The notes under the pieces: generated by a model
Seen by the model: only the letters and a program-made list of their open reading frames with translations
Databases searched by the model: none
What the model was told of the DNA's origin: nothing
Position numbers and translations under genes: made by a program
DNA from: a virus
Lineage: Duplodnaviria > Heunggongvirae > Uroviricota > Caudoviricetes
IMG/VR virus record: IMGVR_UViG_2718217859_000002
DNA length: 26,681 nucleotides
Reading direction: 5' to 3' (one strand)
Shown: in pieces, positions 1 through 8,382 of the stretch
Layout: every line of letters starts with the position of its first letter
Numbering within the stretch: the first letter of the stretch is position 1

Positions 1-621
1 ATGAAAATCCCTTTTAAGTCACCGGCCTTTAATGAGGAGGCATTCAATTGTCCGTTTTGCATGGCATATGCTCAACAGGATTGGTCTGGGTTGAGAGATA
101 AGTACGGAGCACTTAAAGAAGTTTCTCTTTCTAAATGCCGCAATTGCAGCCGGATTGCATATTGGTATGACAAGCGAATGATTGTCCCTCAAGCGAGTGG
201 GATTGAGCCTCCTAATACAGATATGCCTGCTGATTGTGTTGCCGATTACATGGAAGCAAGAAATATTTTCAATCTTTCACCTAAAGGTTCTGCTGCAATC
301 CTTCGTCTTTGCTTACAAAAATTGATGGTGCATCTCGGTTTAGAGGGAGACAAGATCAATGACGATATTGCAACTTTAGTTCAAAAAGGTTTGCCAGAAG
401 AGATTCAACAAGCGTTGGATATCTGTCGTGTTGTGGGTAATAACGCGGTGCATCCTGGTGAAATAAACATTGATGACTCTCCGGAAATTGCAGCTTCACT
501 TTTTGGATTGATAAATTTGATTGTTGAAGAAAGAATCACACGACCACAGAAAGTAGCGAAAATGTACGCGAATCTTCCCGCGGGAGCTAAAGCCGCTATC
601 GAAAGGAGAGATGCCAAATAA
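1..621 (+). CDS. Zn-ribbon plus DUF4145-like domain protein (206 aa)
   Basis: ORF from ATG at window position 1 (upstream not visible, could extend). N-terminal CxxC...CxxC; C-terminal region with [14 protein letters not shown] motif resembling DUF4145 as I recall it. Stop overlaps ATG of next ORF (TAATG). Confidence 0.55.
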   Translation: MKIPFKSPAFNEEAFNCPFCMAYAQQDWSGLRDKYGALKEVSLSKCRNCSRIAYWYDKRMIVPQASGIEPPNTDMPADCVADYMEARNIFNLSPKGSAAILRLCLQKLMVHLGLEGDKINDDIATLVQKGLPEEIQQALDICRVVGNNAVHPGEINIDDSPEIAASLFGLINLIVEERITRPQKVAKMYANLPAGAKAAIERRDAK

Positions 622-1040
622 TGCCTGGGATTTTAGCAAGCACAGCTACTGCTGTAGGTATCATTGACAAAGCTGTAGGTATTGCAAAGAAGCTCGCTGA
701 TGATGGCGGCGAACTTGATAAAGCAACGCTTAAACTTGAGCTTGCTAACCTCATGAGCGAACTTGCAAGTGTGAAGATGGAAGTAATCACAACCCAAGCA
801 CTTCTTTTTGAGGCTGAACAGAAAAATAAGCAGCTTGAAGATCAGCTAAAGGATAAGCACACCTTCACTTTCAAAGATGGACTTTACTGGAAAGAAGGCG
901 ATGAAACAGCCTACTGTCCCAAATGCTTTGAAGTTGATAAGGTGCAAACACACATGGTTTTTTCGCGTGCCGTTGGTCAATACTCCGCGAGTTGGTATTG
1001 CATTAATTGCAAAAACAGCATTTATCCAAAATCCCGTTAA
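621..1040 (+). CDS. coiled-coil protein with C-terminal CxxC...CxxC zinc ribbon (139 aa)
   Basis: Translationally coupled to upstream ORF; heptad-like K/E/L-rich middle; CPKC...CINC at C-terminus. Confidence 0.5.
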   Translation: MPGILASTATAVGIIDKAVGIAKKLADDGGELDKATLKLELANLMSELASVKMEVITTQALLFEAEQKNKQLEDQLKDKHTFTFKDGLYWKEGDETAYCPKCFEVDKVQTHMVFSRAVGQYSASWYCINCKNSIYPKSR

Positions 1041-1045
1041 AATCG

Positions 1046-1261
1046 TTATTCTTTGGCGGAAGTGTCAAATGTCTTTGCATAAGGGCATTTCCCCTTAGTT
1101 ACGTAAGTGAACAGATAATTGCTGTTCTGATACGTGCACAGCGTTTTTCCATTCTCCGTCTGTTCTTCCTGTGGGTTGACCATTGTTATCTGTCCGGCAT
1201 TCGATAGGGCAGGCAATAGCGCCAACGTCAGAACAAATAAGCATTTAATTTGGATCACCAT
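1046..1261 (-). CDS. small secreted Cys-containing protein (71 aa)
   Basis: Hydrophobic N-terminus ending ALSNA/GQ (signal-peptide-like); ATG overlaps stop of the upstream recombinase ORF (ATGGTGA). Confidence 0.4.
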   Translation of the reverse strand: MVIQIKCLFVLTLALLPALSNAGQITMVNPQEEQTENGKTLCTYQNSNYLFTYVTKGKCPYAKTFDTSAKE

Positions 1262-1833
1262 TCTAAAGAAAACTCCTCTGCTAAATCATCCTGCACATCC
1301 TGACCATACCCGATGTAATACATAGTAGAGCGCGGGTCTGTCTGTCCCAGGAAATGGGCTATTGTCTCTATAGCTACCCCTGCATCAAACATCACACGGC
1401 CCCGACTTTTACGTGGCGTATGGCATCCCACATTAGAGAATCCGGCTCTACGTCCCATTTTCCCAAATTCAGTGAATACCGTGTTACGGGTTACGGCTTC
1501 GCCTTTACTGCGTAATGTGCCAGCACTGAAAATAAAATCTGTAGCTACAGGCATCTTCGTTTGCTCTGCCTTGCGTTGTGCCACCACTGACAACATGGCG
1601 GGGGTAACTTTTGGCCTTACTACGTTTCCGGTTTTCTCCTGCTTTATCTTCAAATGAGATTGCCCCTCAACATCCTGATATTTTAGCTTGAGTACGTCAG
1701 AGACACGCAACCCGCTTTCATACATAAACACCCATAAGCAATAAAACAGGTTGGTTTTACTATTGCGCTGTAGCTCTGCTGCTACTGTTTTTACCTCGTC
1801 TACATTCTTGAGGGCTTGGCTAATACCTTTCAT
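1255..1833 (-). CDS. small tyrosine recombinase (phage integrase fold, about 192 aa)
   Basis: C-terminal catalytic-like residues (GLRVSD, CHTPRKSRG, STMYYIGY). ATG at 1833 has an AAGGAG SD 9 nt upstream; the longer ORF to 1929 lacks one. Confidence 0.6.
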   Translation of the reverse strand: MKGISQALKNVDEVKTVAAELQRNSKTNLFYCLWVFMYESGLRVSDVLKLKYQDVEGQSHLKIKQEKTGNVVRPKVTPAMLSVVAQRKAEQTKMPVATDFIFSAGTLRSKGEAVTRNTVFTEFGKMGRRAGFSNVGCHTPRKSRGRVMFDAGVAIETIAHFLGQTDPRSTMYYIGYGQDVQDDLAEEFSLEW

Positions 1834-1930
1834 CTTTATACTCTCCTTATTCGTTTCAATGAAAGTAGTTTTGATCATAAAACGATCATTTTCAATATGT
1901 TGCACGATACGTTTTATGGTTGAGAGCACT

Positions 1931-2017
1931 AAATGATCAAAAATGATTAAAGGGCTATTAAAAGGTGATTAAGACTGATTAAAAGGTATTAAAGGCGATT
2001 AAAACCGATTTAATTTA
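1931..2017. repeat. iteron-like array, about 7 copies of [G/T]ATTAAA(A)GG at 10-11 bp spacing
   Basis: Direct reading: tgattaaaggg, tattaaaagg, tgattaagac, tgattaaaagg, tattaaagg, cgattaaaacc, gatttaattt. Confidence 0.6.
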
Positions 2018-2243
2018 GGTGCGTCCGTCACCATCGTTGAACACAAAGATCAAGCCTCCCGATCTGATGCAGGCACAAATATGAAATATCTTATTGATTT
2101 ATAAGTAAATTTATTTTATTTAAGCTGTTCACAAATGATTTGTCTTGTCAAGAAATTTATTTTCGGCAGATGAAAAATAGCCAATAAATAGCGATAAATG
2201 GTCTATATATGCCTGAGTATATAAAGATCAGTAGGTTACAGAA

Positions 2244-2262
2244 TACACTTTGCTAAAGTGTA
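2244..2262. promoter_or_regulatory. perfect 8-bp-arm palindrome TACACTTT-gct-AAAGTGTA (operator-like)
   Basis: Inverted repeat read directly. Confidence 0.4.
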
Positions 2263-2647
2263 TCGAATCTGGGTTGTATTGCATTATAAGTGATAATAAT
2301 TCTTATTATTGAATTGTATGACAAATGATTATTCTCTTTGAGATGTGCACGAGTGAACATTCGTTCAACAAATGATAGAACGTTTATTGAGCAACAATTT
2401 TGCAGTGATGCGCTATATGCCGCATTACATAAGGCTTTGCTGATGATAATGTAAAAGTGAAGAAAGTAAGAATTGCACTTTGAATCTACCTTTCATTGCA
2501 TTTTTTAGTAGGGAATTACACGGAATAAGCTATGAATATTCTATGATTTACACGAGATATTCTTGCTGTTTAATTTCGGCTTTGGAGATCAGGCATTCGC
2601 AAGAATACGCTAATGCGTTGCCTGAAAAGCCATTGCACATAATAGAG

Positions 2648-2971
2648 GTGAGCGTATAGCGAACTATCAATGTGATCATTGCACGAATGATAATGAGTGG
2701 ATATAGATTCTATATATCGTTAGATTGTAGTTTGATAGTTAATGTGTAATGTAGATTGTATGAGCGTATAGCGAATGTTAGTTAGATCAACAACAAACTA
2801 ACCTTTAAATCTCTTTTATCTTCTCATAGATATGGCTATGCGTAGCAACCGAAGGTTAGCCATTAATCTATGCAGCCGTAAGGCTGTTTTGCATGTAATA
2901 GTTGTTTGTTGTTGGTAGTCGTTAGACAGTTACCAATTTATAGATCAGAGATAGATGTGAGCGTATAGCGA
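2648..2971. repeat. three dispersed copies of GAGCGTATAGCGA (2648-2662, 2761-2774, 2957-2971)
   Basis: Exact 13-14 nt direct repeats in an ORF-free AT-rich region. Confidence 0.6.
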
Positions 2972-3065
2972 TACACTAATCATAACAATATCTTCTTACT
3001 TTTTAGTTAGTTAGTTGTTAGTAGGTTATTGTTATGCGCGCTATTAGCGCATGTATAAAGGTATC

Positions 3066-3296
3066 ATTTTTATCTAAAGGGCTTTAGACATTTTTGATAC
3101 CTTTTTCATCTCTAAAAAAGTGTAATTTTTATCTAAAGGGGCTTTAGACATTTTTTACACCTTTTTCTGTGCAAGACACTTACCAGTGTGCACAATACTT
3201 ATGCTTTTCTAAAGCCGGGAATTTTTAAGTTTGATTGATCAATTGTTAACTTTAAAAGTTACTTTTAACAATCACTTAGACGATCTAAAGCCGCAA
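3066..3296. promoter_or_regulatory. operator cluster: two 40-bp direct repeats each with palindrome TCTAAAG(G)GGCTTTAGA (3073-3088, 3132-3148) plus TCTAAAG half-sites near 3208 and 3286
   Basis: Read directly; lies upstream of the plus-strand operon starting at 3520. Confidence 0.55.
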
Positions 3297-3437
3297 TTAA
3301 CATAATATAAGTTGACATGCAAGCACTTTTTACCATATAGTGCGGCCCCCTATCTATAAATCACACATTTTACCACTTGTCAATACCATAAATAACCTTA
3401 TAAAACAGGTGCTTAGTTTAGTATTGATAAATATTTA

Positions 3438-3466
3438 TTGACTAATACTATAAGATGGTGTATATT
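3438..3466 (+). promoter_or_regulatory. sigma70-like promoter TTGACT-N17-TATATT
   Basis: Hexamers at 3438-3443 and 3461-3466, about 55 nt upstream of the 3520 start; AGGAGG SD at 3507-3512. Confidence 0.45.
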
Positions 3467-3519
3467 AGCATTAGGGAATTGCATTCCGTAGTAACCAACA
3501 ACAACCAGGAGGTAAATAA

Positions 3520-3750
3520 TTGCGATGGTTTGACACTGAGCAAGTCTACATTGCCCTGAAATGTGGGGAAGTGAAACGCCACACAATAGCCAGCAATATG
3601 GGGCAATGCGTTACCCGTGGAGACGAGAAGCGTGCAAAGATGTTTCGTGATGCTCTTACACGGTATGACAGAGAACGCGCGATCATTGATGCGCAGAATG
3701 TGCCAGGGCGTAAGAAACGTGCTGGACGTAAATCACAATTAATCAACTAA
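3520..3750 (+). CDS. hypothetical basic protein (76 aa), TTG start
   Basis: AGGAGG 7 nt upstream of TTG; basic C-terminus (RKKRAGRK). Confidence 0.45.
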   Translation: MRWFDTEQVYIALKCGEVKRHTIASNMGQCVTRGDEKRAKMFRDALTRYDRERAIIDAQNVPGRKKRAGRKSQLIN

Positions 3751-3770
3751 CAAATAAAGAAAGGTGCTTT

Positions 3771-3932
3771 ATGGATATTCGATTCAATCCAGAAGTATTT
3801 GCAGAATTACGCACGATGGCAACACAACGAGGTATTAGTATTCCCGCGTTAGTTAACGTCATACTTAAAGAAAAAATCATCCTACATCAAGAGGAAAAAT
3901 ATGATAAAGACGATCAAACGAAAAATAGTTAA
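3771..3932 (+). CDS. ribbon-helix-helix (Arc/CopG-like) DNA-binding protein (53 aa)
   Basis: Below ORF-track size cutoff; translated by hand: MDIRFNPEVFAELRTMATQRGISIPALVNVILKEKI... fits a strand-helix-turn-helix pattern. AAGGTG SD upstream. 3' end overlaps next gene in another frame. Confidence 0.4.
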   Translation: MDIRFNPEVFAELRTMATQRGISIPALVNVILKEKIILHQEEKYDKDDQTKNS

Positions 3933-5385
3933 TAGCATTAATCCCGTTTACCTTGTAGATTCAATTTGCGGCTCAGGAAAGAGTCACCGCCTTATAGAAT
4001 ATATACTCGGCCTTCAAGATTCATCTGAAGCTATCCCGCAACGTGTTCTAATAGCCGTTCCTACGCATGAATTAGCCACAGAGACGCGTAATAAGATGTT
4101 AGACGCGGGAATACATGGTTATCATGTTAAAGTCGATAGCGGGGCTGTTTTAGCCCTTAAACAAACACTATCAGAATCCTTTGATTATCCGGTCGTTATT
4201 ACCACGCATCAGGCACTACAGGTTTTTTGTGAGAGAGCAACCTTTGATAGTGAGATGCAAAAACTCCTGTATCCCTTTCAAGTTTTCATTGATGAGATTC
4301 CGGCAGCTTGGCACGGCGATCACGCTACAGTTTTACATAGTGACTCTGTAACGGATAACTTCCCGTTTATGCAGTGGATGGAAGAGAGAGACGGATTATT
4401 ATTCCTTAAGTCTGACAATGAGAACGACCTTTACAAGTATTACCATGAACGCCACGCCGGATCGGATAGCCTGAAAGCGGTTATCTATGCTGTGCTGAAC
4501 GGTAGCGGCTTGCTTTATGGGGAAACAGATAAAGGGTACAGCTTCTTTGCGCAGACAGCTAACCCTGTGATCAATTGTGCAATGTGGTCTGAACGTCTAA
4601 CCATTATGGGGGCGGGTGTTAGCCGATCTGAATGGCGTTATGTAGCTGAGAACGTGGCTAAGGTGGAATGTATGCCAGCTCCTGATCATCTACTACCGGA
4701 CAACGACCGCAGAGAACATAAGAACACGCCTGTTAAACTGGTATCTGTGCTAAAGCCAGGAGTAAGAGCGACGCTTACGCAATTACAGGAAGTTTTTAAC
4801 AACCATCTACAGACGATTGCCCTTACTATGGGAAGTCGGTTTATCTTTGCAACGAACAACGACAAAGGGATCTGTAACTTCAAGACTATTGCACTCGATA
4901 GCCTGGAGGATAACGGGAAAGGAAAAGCGGTAAGCATGGCAAGCTACGGGCTGAACGTATACCAGAGCTACCACGCCGCCGCTTTCCTGGGGTGTGCTAA
5001 CCTCAATGCTACAGATAACAACCGATGGGCGCAATGGCTTAATTTCTCCGGTTATGACGCTGAGGCGGTGTTACGCCTTAAGGTTGAAGCAATGACCTAT
5101 GAGCGTTGCTACCAGTTTATAAGCCGCACAAGCATTCGTGATAGTTCCTGCAAAGAGGCTTTAACGTTTATCGTGCCTGATACGCAGTGTGCTGAATATA
5201 TCAAGCGTTGGTATCTTCCACAGGCTGAGATCACAACGTTAGGCATCGAGAAGGAAAGGAAGAAAGAGAAGGGCGCTAATACAAAGGCAGCTATTCAGGA
5301 ACTGAAAGCTAAAGGCATGAAGCAAAAAGCTGTAGCAGAGGCGTTAGGCTTAGGGATTGCAACGGTTAAACGTAACTGGAAATGA
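3901..5385 (+). CDS. P-loop NTPase, helicase-like (replication-associated?) with C-terminal HTH (494 aa)
   Basis: Walker A CGSGKSH near N-terminus, PTHELA (helicase motif Ia-like), TTHQAL, Walker B VFIDEIP; C-terminal KAVAEALGLGIATVKRN HTH. GAGGA SD upstream. Function inferred from motifs only. Confidence 0.55.
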   Translation: MIKTIKRKIVNSINPVYLVDSICGSGKSHRLIEYILGLQDSSEAIPQRVLIAVPTHELATETRNKMLDAGIHGYHVKVDSGAVLALKQTLSESFDYPVVITTHQALQVFCERATFDSEMQKLLYPFQVFIDEIPAAWHGDHATVLHSDSVTDNFPFMQWMEERDGLLFLKSDNENDLYKYYHERHAGSDSLKAVIYAVLNGSGLLYGETDKGYSFFAQTANPVINCAMWSERLTIMGAGVSRSEWRYVAENVAKVECMPAPDHLLPDNDRREHKNTPVKLVSVLKPGVRATLTQLQEVFNNHLQTIALTMGSRFIFATNNDKGICNFKTIALDSLEDNGKGKAVSMASYGLNVYQSYHAAAFLGCANLNATDNNRWAQWLNFSGYDAEAVLRLKVEAMTYERCYQFISRTSIRDSSCKEALTFIVPDTQCAEYIKRWYLPQAEITTLGIEKERKKEKGANTKAAIQELKAKGMKQKAVAEALGLGIATVKRNWK

Positions 5386-5404
5386 TCTACAACGGTGCAC
5401 ACAG

Positions 5405-5429
5405 AAAGGGGCAAATCAGCCCCTTTTTT
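5405..5429 (+). terminator. rho-independent terminator after helicase-like gene
   Basis: AAAGGGGC-aaatca-GCCCCTTT followed by a T run. Confidence 0.6.
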
Positions 5430-5588
5430 ATTGCCTGTAGTAAATAGCACGAATTGCTAAAGAAAAACTATTGACTATCTATAAACTTTATGATACTCAT
5501 AAGTATTGAGGTGCATACAACCTCAAAAGTAACGTATATAGAGTATCCCTTTATACATATATCATACAACAACCACAAGGAAAAGCAA

Positions 5589-5774
5589 ATGAAATATTTT
5601 TCAGTTTTAGATGTGCTGATGGCACTGATTGAAGGTCGAGTAAGCCGAAACCGGATTCTACAGAACCGTAACGCAGCACGCCGCAGCGGTTATCACGATC
5701 GTGAGGCTCTATTCACCGAAGCCCTGCAAAAGTTCGACCAGATTCGCAAACGTGAGAAGGAAGGGCAGCTATGA
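5589..5774 (+). CDS. hypothetical small protein (61 aa)
   Basis: ATG with AAGGAA SD; the track ORF from 5490 has no SD. Confidence 0.4.
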   Translation: MKYFSVLDVLMALIEGRVSRNRILQNRNAARRSGYHDREALFTEALQKFDQIRKREKEGQL

Positions 5775-6028
5775 AACATCATTTAAGCATTGGTAAGCAC
5801 GAATACGAGATCACGGAAAGCGGATACACACTGGCAAAACAGATCGCTGATAGCAATTATGAGCTACCCGCAATTATCAGCTTTCAGGGGCTACCCCATA
5901 GCAAGGAACACACACAGCACTGGTTAAATCACTTAAGCCATTTCGGGGTGATTCAGTATGAAGCTGTGAATAGTCAGACGTTCCGTTTGCTTGAGATAAA
6001 CCCGTTTGAATTGTGGGTGACGCTGTGA
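5771..6028 (+). CDS. hypothetical protein (85 aa)
   Basis: ATGA overlap with upstream ORF. Confidence 0.45.
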   Translation: MKHHLSIGKHEYEITESGYTLAKQIADSNYELPAIISFQGLPHSKEHTQHWLNHLSHFGVIQYEAVNSQTFRLLEINPFELWVTL

Positions 6029-6231
6029 TCATATTCGATAGCGAATTTTCACAAGAAATCTTTCTGCAATATTTACGGGAAAGAACGGGAATGATTCTGT
6101 TTGATTCTGAGTTTTCCGGTGTGGTAGGTGAGCAATTTTTATATGCTCTTCTCGATAGCCTAAGTAAACAAGGCTTATTGCAATATACAAAAACTCATAT
6201 GAAAGCATTTAGAATCGACTCTGTAGCTTAA
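6013..6231 (+). CDS. hypothetical protein with internal tandem repeat (72 aa), GTG start
   Basis: Protein-level duplication IIFDSEFSQEIFLQYL / ILFDSEFSGVVGEQFLYAL. Confidence 0.35.
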   Translation: MGDAVIIFDSEFSQEIFLQYLRERTGMILFDSEFSGVVGEQFLYALLDSLSKQGLLQYTKTHMKAFRIDSVA

Positions 6232-6269
6232 AACAAACAACTATCAAACATCTTGAAGGGTGGAAAACA

Positions 6270-6371
6270 ATGGAAAGCTTAATATTTTTCTTAGTATTCA
6301 TGATCGCTTCCTTTTTTAACACTGCAAGAAGAAAACCAAAACGAAGGGGAAGCAATGAGCAAGCAAAAAGG
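6270..6371 (+). CDS. 33-aa hydrophobic peptide (single TM helix plus basic tail)
   Basis: Hand-translated: MESLIFFLVFMIASFFNTARRKPKRRGSNEQAKR; GGTGGA SD-like upstream. Below track cutoff. Confidence 0.25.
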
Positions 6372-6735
6372 TAAGAAAAACGTAATAACAACTATTGGCG
6401 AAGCATGTGATCAGTATGCGTTAAACAATCCTCGCAAATATAACTACGAGCATGATGCACAACCAGGCGAAGAATTGATCTTTATACTTGAAGAACCAAG
6501 CCCAGAATTAACAGACGAAGAATTATCACTCATTCAAAGTATGGACGGTGTTTATTTTAATCCACGTCCACGCAAAACAACGGTTATAGATTCCAGTCTT
6601 CTAAAAAGATGGCAGTGTTTGGGGTTTTCAGACATGGCCCATTTTAGGGGGTATATGTCAATGAATAGCCTTCAATATGCAGGCGTGCGAGAAACCGAAT
6701 TACTTCTGCTTGATAAAGTAAACATTGACGATTAA
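6355..6735 (+). CDS. hypothetical protein (126 aa)
   Basis: GAAGGGGAAG SD-like upstream of ATG. Confidence 0.5.
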   Translation: MSKQKGKKNVITTIGEACDQYALNNPRKYNYEHDAQPGEELIFILEEPSPELTDEELSLIQSMDGVYFNPRPRKTTVIDSSLLKRWQCLGFSDMAHFRGYMSMNSLQYAGVRETELLLLDKVNIDD

Positions 6736-6776
6736 CAGCGTTTGCTGAATATAAACCTTAACAAAAGGAAAATAAA

Positions 6777-6998
6777 ATGATTAACAAAGCAATTTTAGAG
6801 ACAACCACTTTTCACGATCTTAAACTTCTTTCTGAATGCTTCATAAGCCTGATTGAACGAGCACAGGAAGAAAACGATCTCGGTTTACTCGATGATATTA
6901 TAGACAACATTGCAACTTATAAAATCCCGCTCACCATTGCTATGAAGAAAGCACGCGAAGCACAACAACAATTAGAACAATTAGAGGAAGTGGCATAA
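6777..6998 (+). CDS. hypothetical protein (73 aa)
   Basis: ORF with AAGGAAAA upstream. Confidence 0.45.
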   Translation: MINKAILETTTFHDLKLLSECFISLIERAQEENDLGLLDDIIDNIATYKIPLTIAMKKAREAQQQLEQLEEVA

Positions 6999-7306
6999 TG
7001 AGCACTACACACAACGTAACTATTCAGATGATGGATCTGATTATTTCTTTACAGAAGGCAGTTAATTCGGCTCTGACGTTTCCAACTGAGCTAACCATTG
7101 CACAGGCTGTTATTAACCTGGAATCGACGCGGGAAGCACTTGAACTACTTATTGCAGCGTGCGAACAATCCGAAGGTGCACAGGTTGAAGCTGACGAATT
7201 GTCTAATCTGATCATCGTTATTCATGACACCACTGAAATCATGAAAGAAGCGGTAGCAGACCTGCAACCACTCATTAATGAACTAATCGACAAGGCTAAC
7301 AACTAA
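6998..7306 (+). CDS. hypothetical acidic protein (102 aa)
   Basis: ATAATG overlap coupling with upstream ORF. Confidence 0.45.
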   Translation: MSTTHNVTIQMMDLIISLQKAVNSALTFPTELTIAQAVINLESTREALELLIAACEQSEGAQVEADELSNLIIVIHDTTEIMKEAVADLQPLINELIDKANN

Positions 7307-7515
7307 TGACAAAAACTAAACGTGTGCGCCTTCTGGCGCTCACAGAAGAAGGGAAAGCGGGTAATTGTTTCACAGTAGGTAAAGTGTATACCGGCTTACT
7401 CGACACTTACACCCGCCTGATGCACGTAACCGATGATAACGGTAACGATCAAACAATCGTTTTAGATGGTAATTGCGTATTTGGTGAATGGGAACTGACA
7501 ACCGAAAAGAATTGA
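7306..7515 (+). CDS. hypothetical protein (69 aa)
   Basis: TAATG overlap coupling. Confidence 0.45.
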   Translation: MTKTKRVRLLALTEEGKAGNCFTVGKVYTGLLDTYTRLMHVTDDNGNDQTIVLDGNCVFGEWELTTEKN

Positions 7516-7534
7516 AAAAACTTTGATTTAACTA

Positions 7535-7563
7535 TTGACTTTATAACAGAAATGTTATATAAT
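7535..7563 (+). promoter_or_regulatory. near-consensus sigma70 promoter TTGACT-N17-TATAAT
   Basis: Hexamers at 7535-7540 and 7558-7563 with a 17-nt spacer. Confidence 0.5.
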
Positions 7564-7569
7564 AAGAAG

Positions 7570-7810
7570 TGTAGGGGAAAGAATCTAAAACAGGTGTTAG
7601 CTGGCGTTAATCCTTCTCCCGATTTTAATCCTACACGAAAGCGGGGTAGACCTCAAGGGGTCGCGCCCTATCTAACCTGCCTCGCTTTCCCTTTACCAGT
7701 TTTTTTAGAAATTGTTTCCCTCGTTAATAGTTTCATATATTTTCCTTATTGCTTTATCAAAATTGTGTCTTAAGAATGCAGGGGCTACGGATTTGGCCCC
7801 TCATCTTTTT
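7570..7810 (+). ncRNA. candidate small non-coding RNA (promoter to terminator, no convincing ORF or SD)
   Basis: Predicted start about 7570; GC stem pairing 7634-7645 with 7681-7691 followed by a T run near 7700; second terminator at 7781-7810. Confidence 0.3.
7781..7810 (+). terminator. rho-independent terminator
   Basis: GGGGC-loop-GCCCC followed by TCATCTTTTT. Confidence 0.55.
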
Positions 7811-7957
7811 AACCAACTGCGAAGCATGAAACACTTTCTAAAAACACTGTTTACAGTGTCTATAAACCCCGTATAAACAAATAACGGTGTATATTGTTTC
7901 TTGACAACAATTCTACTAAGCCAAAAGCTGAATATGTTTTTTGTTTGTTGGTGTTTA

Positions 7958-8146
7958 TTAAGGTGCCAATCTTAGAACGCTGAAAGCGTGGATGATCCCC
8001 GAAATCATCTCGGCACCGCCTCCTATTAAAATGAGAATCCAAAAGGTTTGAAAGTTAATAGTAGTTCCTAAAAGTCTGATCGATGCATCCACATTGTGAA
8101 AGACAGCGATTAGCCATCGCACGAATAACAGGTTTATAGATTCCAA
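7958..8146 (-). CDS. small hydrophobic protein (62 aa), TTG start
   Basis: Perfect AGGAGG SD 8 nt upstream of TTG (minus strand); hydrophobic sequence with GGG turn. Confidence 0.3.
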   Translation of the reverse strand: MESINLLFVRWLIAVFHNVDASIRLLGTTINFQTFWILILIGGGAEMISGIIHAFSVLRLAP

Positions 8147-8310
8147 AGGGGGCGACCTCCTAAGCGCCTACTCCCTGTAAGCCTGTTATTCAACCCCTCA
8201 AGGGTATATAACAATAAGCAATCTTATTCTTATATGTCCTCCTCTTTAAGTTCATATAACTGCGATTTAGTAACACTCTATAACATCCTTCAAATGTTGT
8301 ATTCATAAAG

Positions 8311-8340
8311 CCGGAAGCTTTCCCCTTCCGGTTTTATTTT
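8311..8340 (+). terminator. rho-independent terminator just upstream of structural operon
   Basis: CCGGAAG-ctttccc-CTTCCGG followed by TTTTATTTT. Confidence 0.6.
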
Positions 8341-8382
8341 GTCAGCACTAAACAAGAATGTTAGAAAAAAGGTAAAGCAACA

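Noticed and set aside
2648-3300. CRISPR array
   Set aside because: Repeats are irregularly spaced (about 110 and 195 bp apart, or only two copies), not a uniform repeat-spacer pattern, and no cas genes are nearby.
3312-3341. Second promoter TTGACA-N18-TATAGT upstream of the 3520 operon
   Set aside because: Plausible but about 180 nt from the first start and redundant with the better-placed TTGACT-N17-TATATT; left unannotated as too uncertain.
3901-5385. Terminase large subunit assignment for the 494-aa Walker A/B protein
   Set aside because: C-terminus is a basic HTH rather than a nuclease domain and the PTHELA motif looks helicase-like; replication-associated helicase is the better fit.
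7552-7773. 73-aa plus ORF in the gap after the early genes
   Set aside because: Its ATG lies inside the spacer of the near-consensus promoter, there is no SD, and the sequence is compositionally odd. Region treated as candidate ncRNA.
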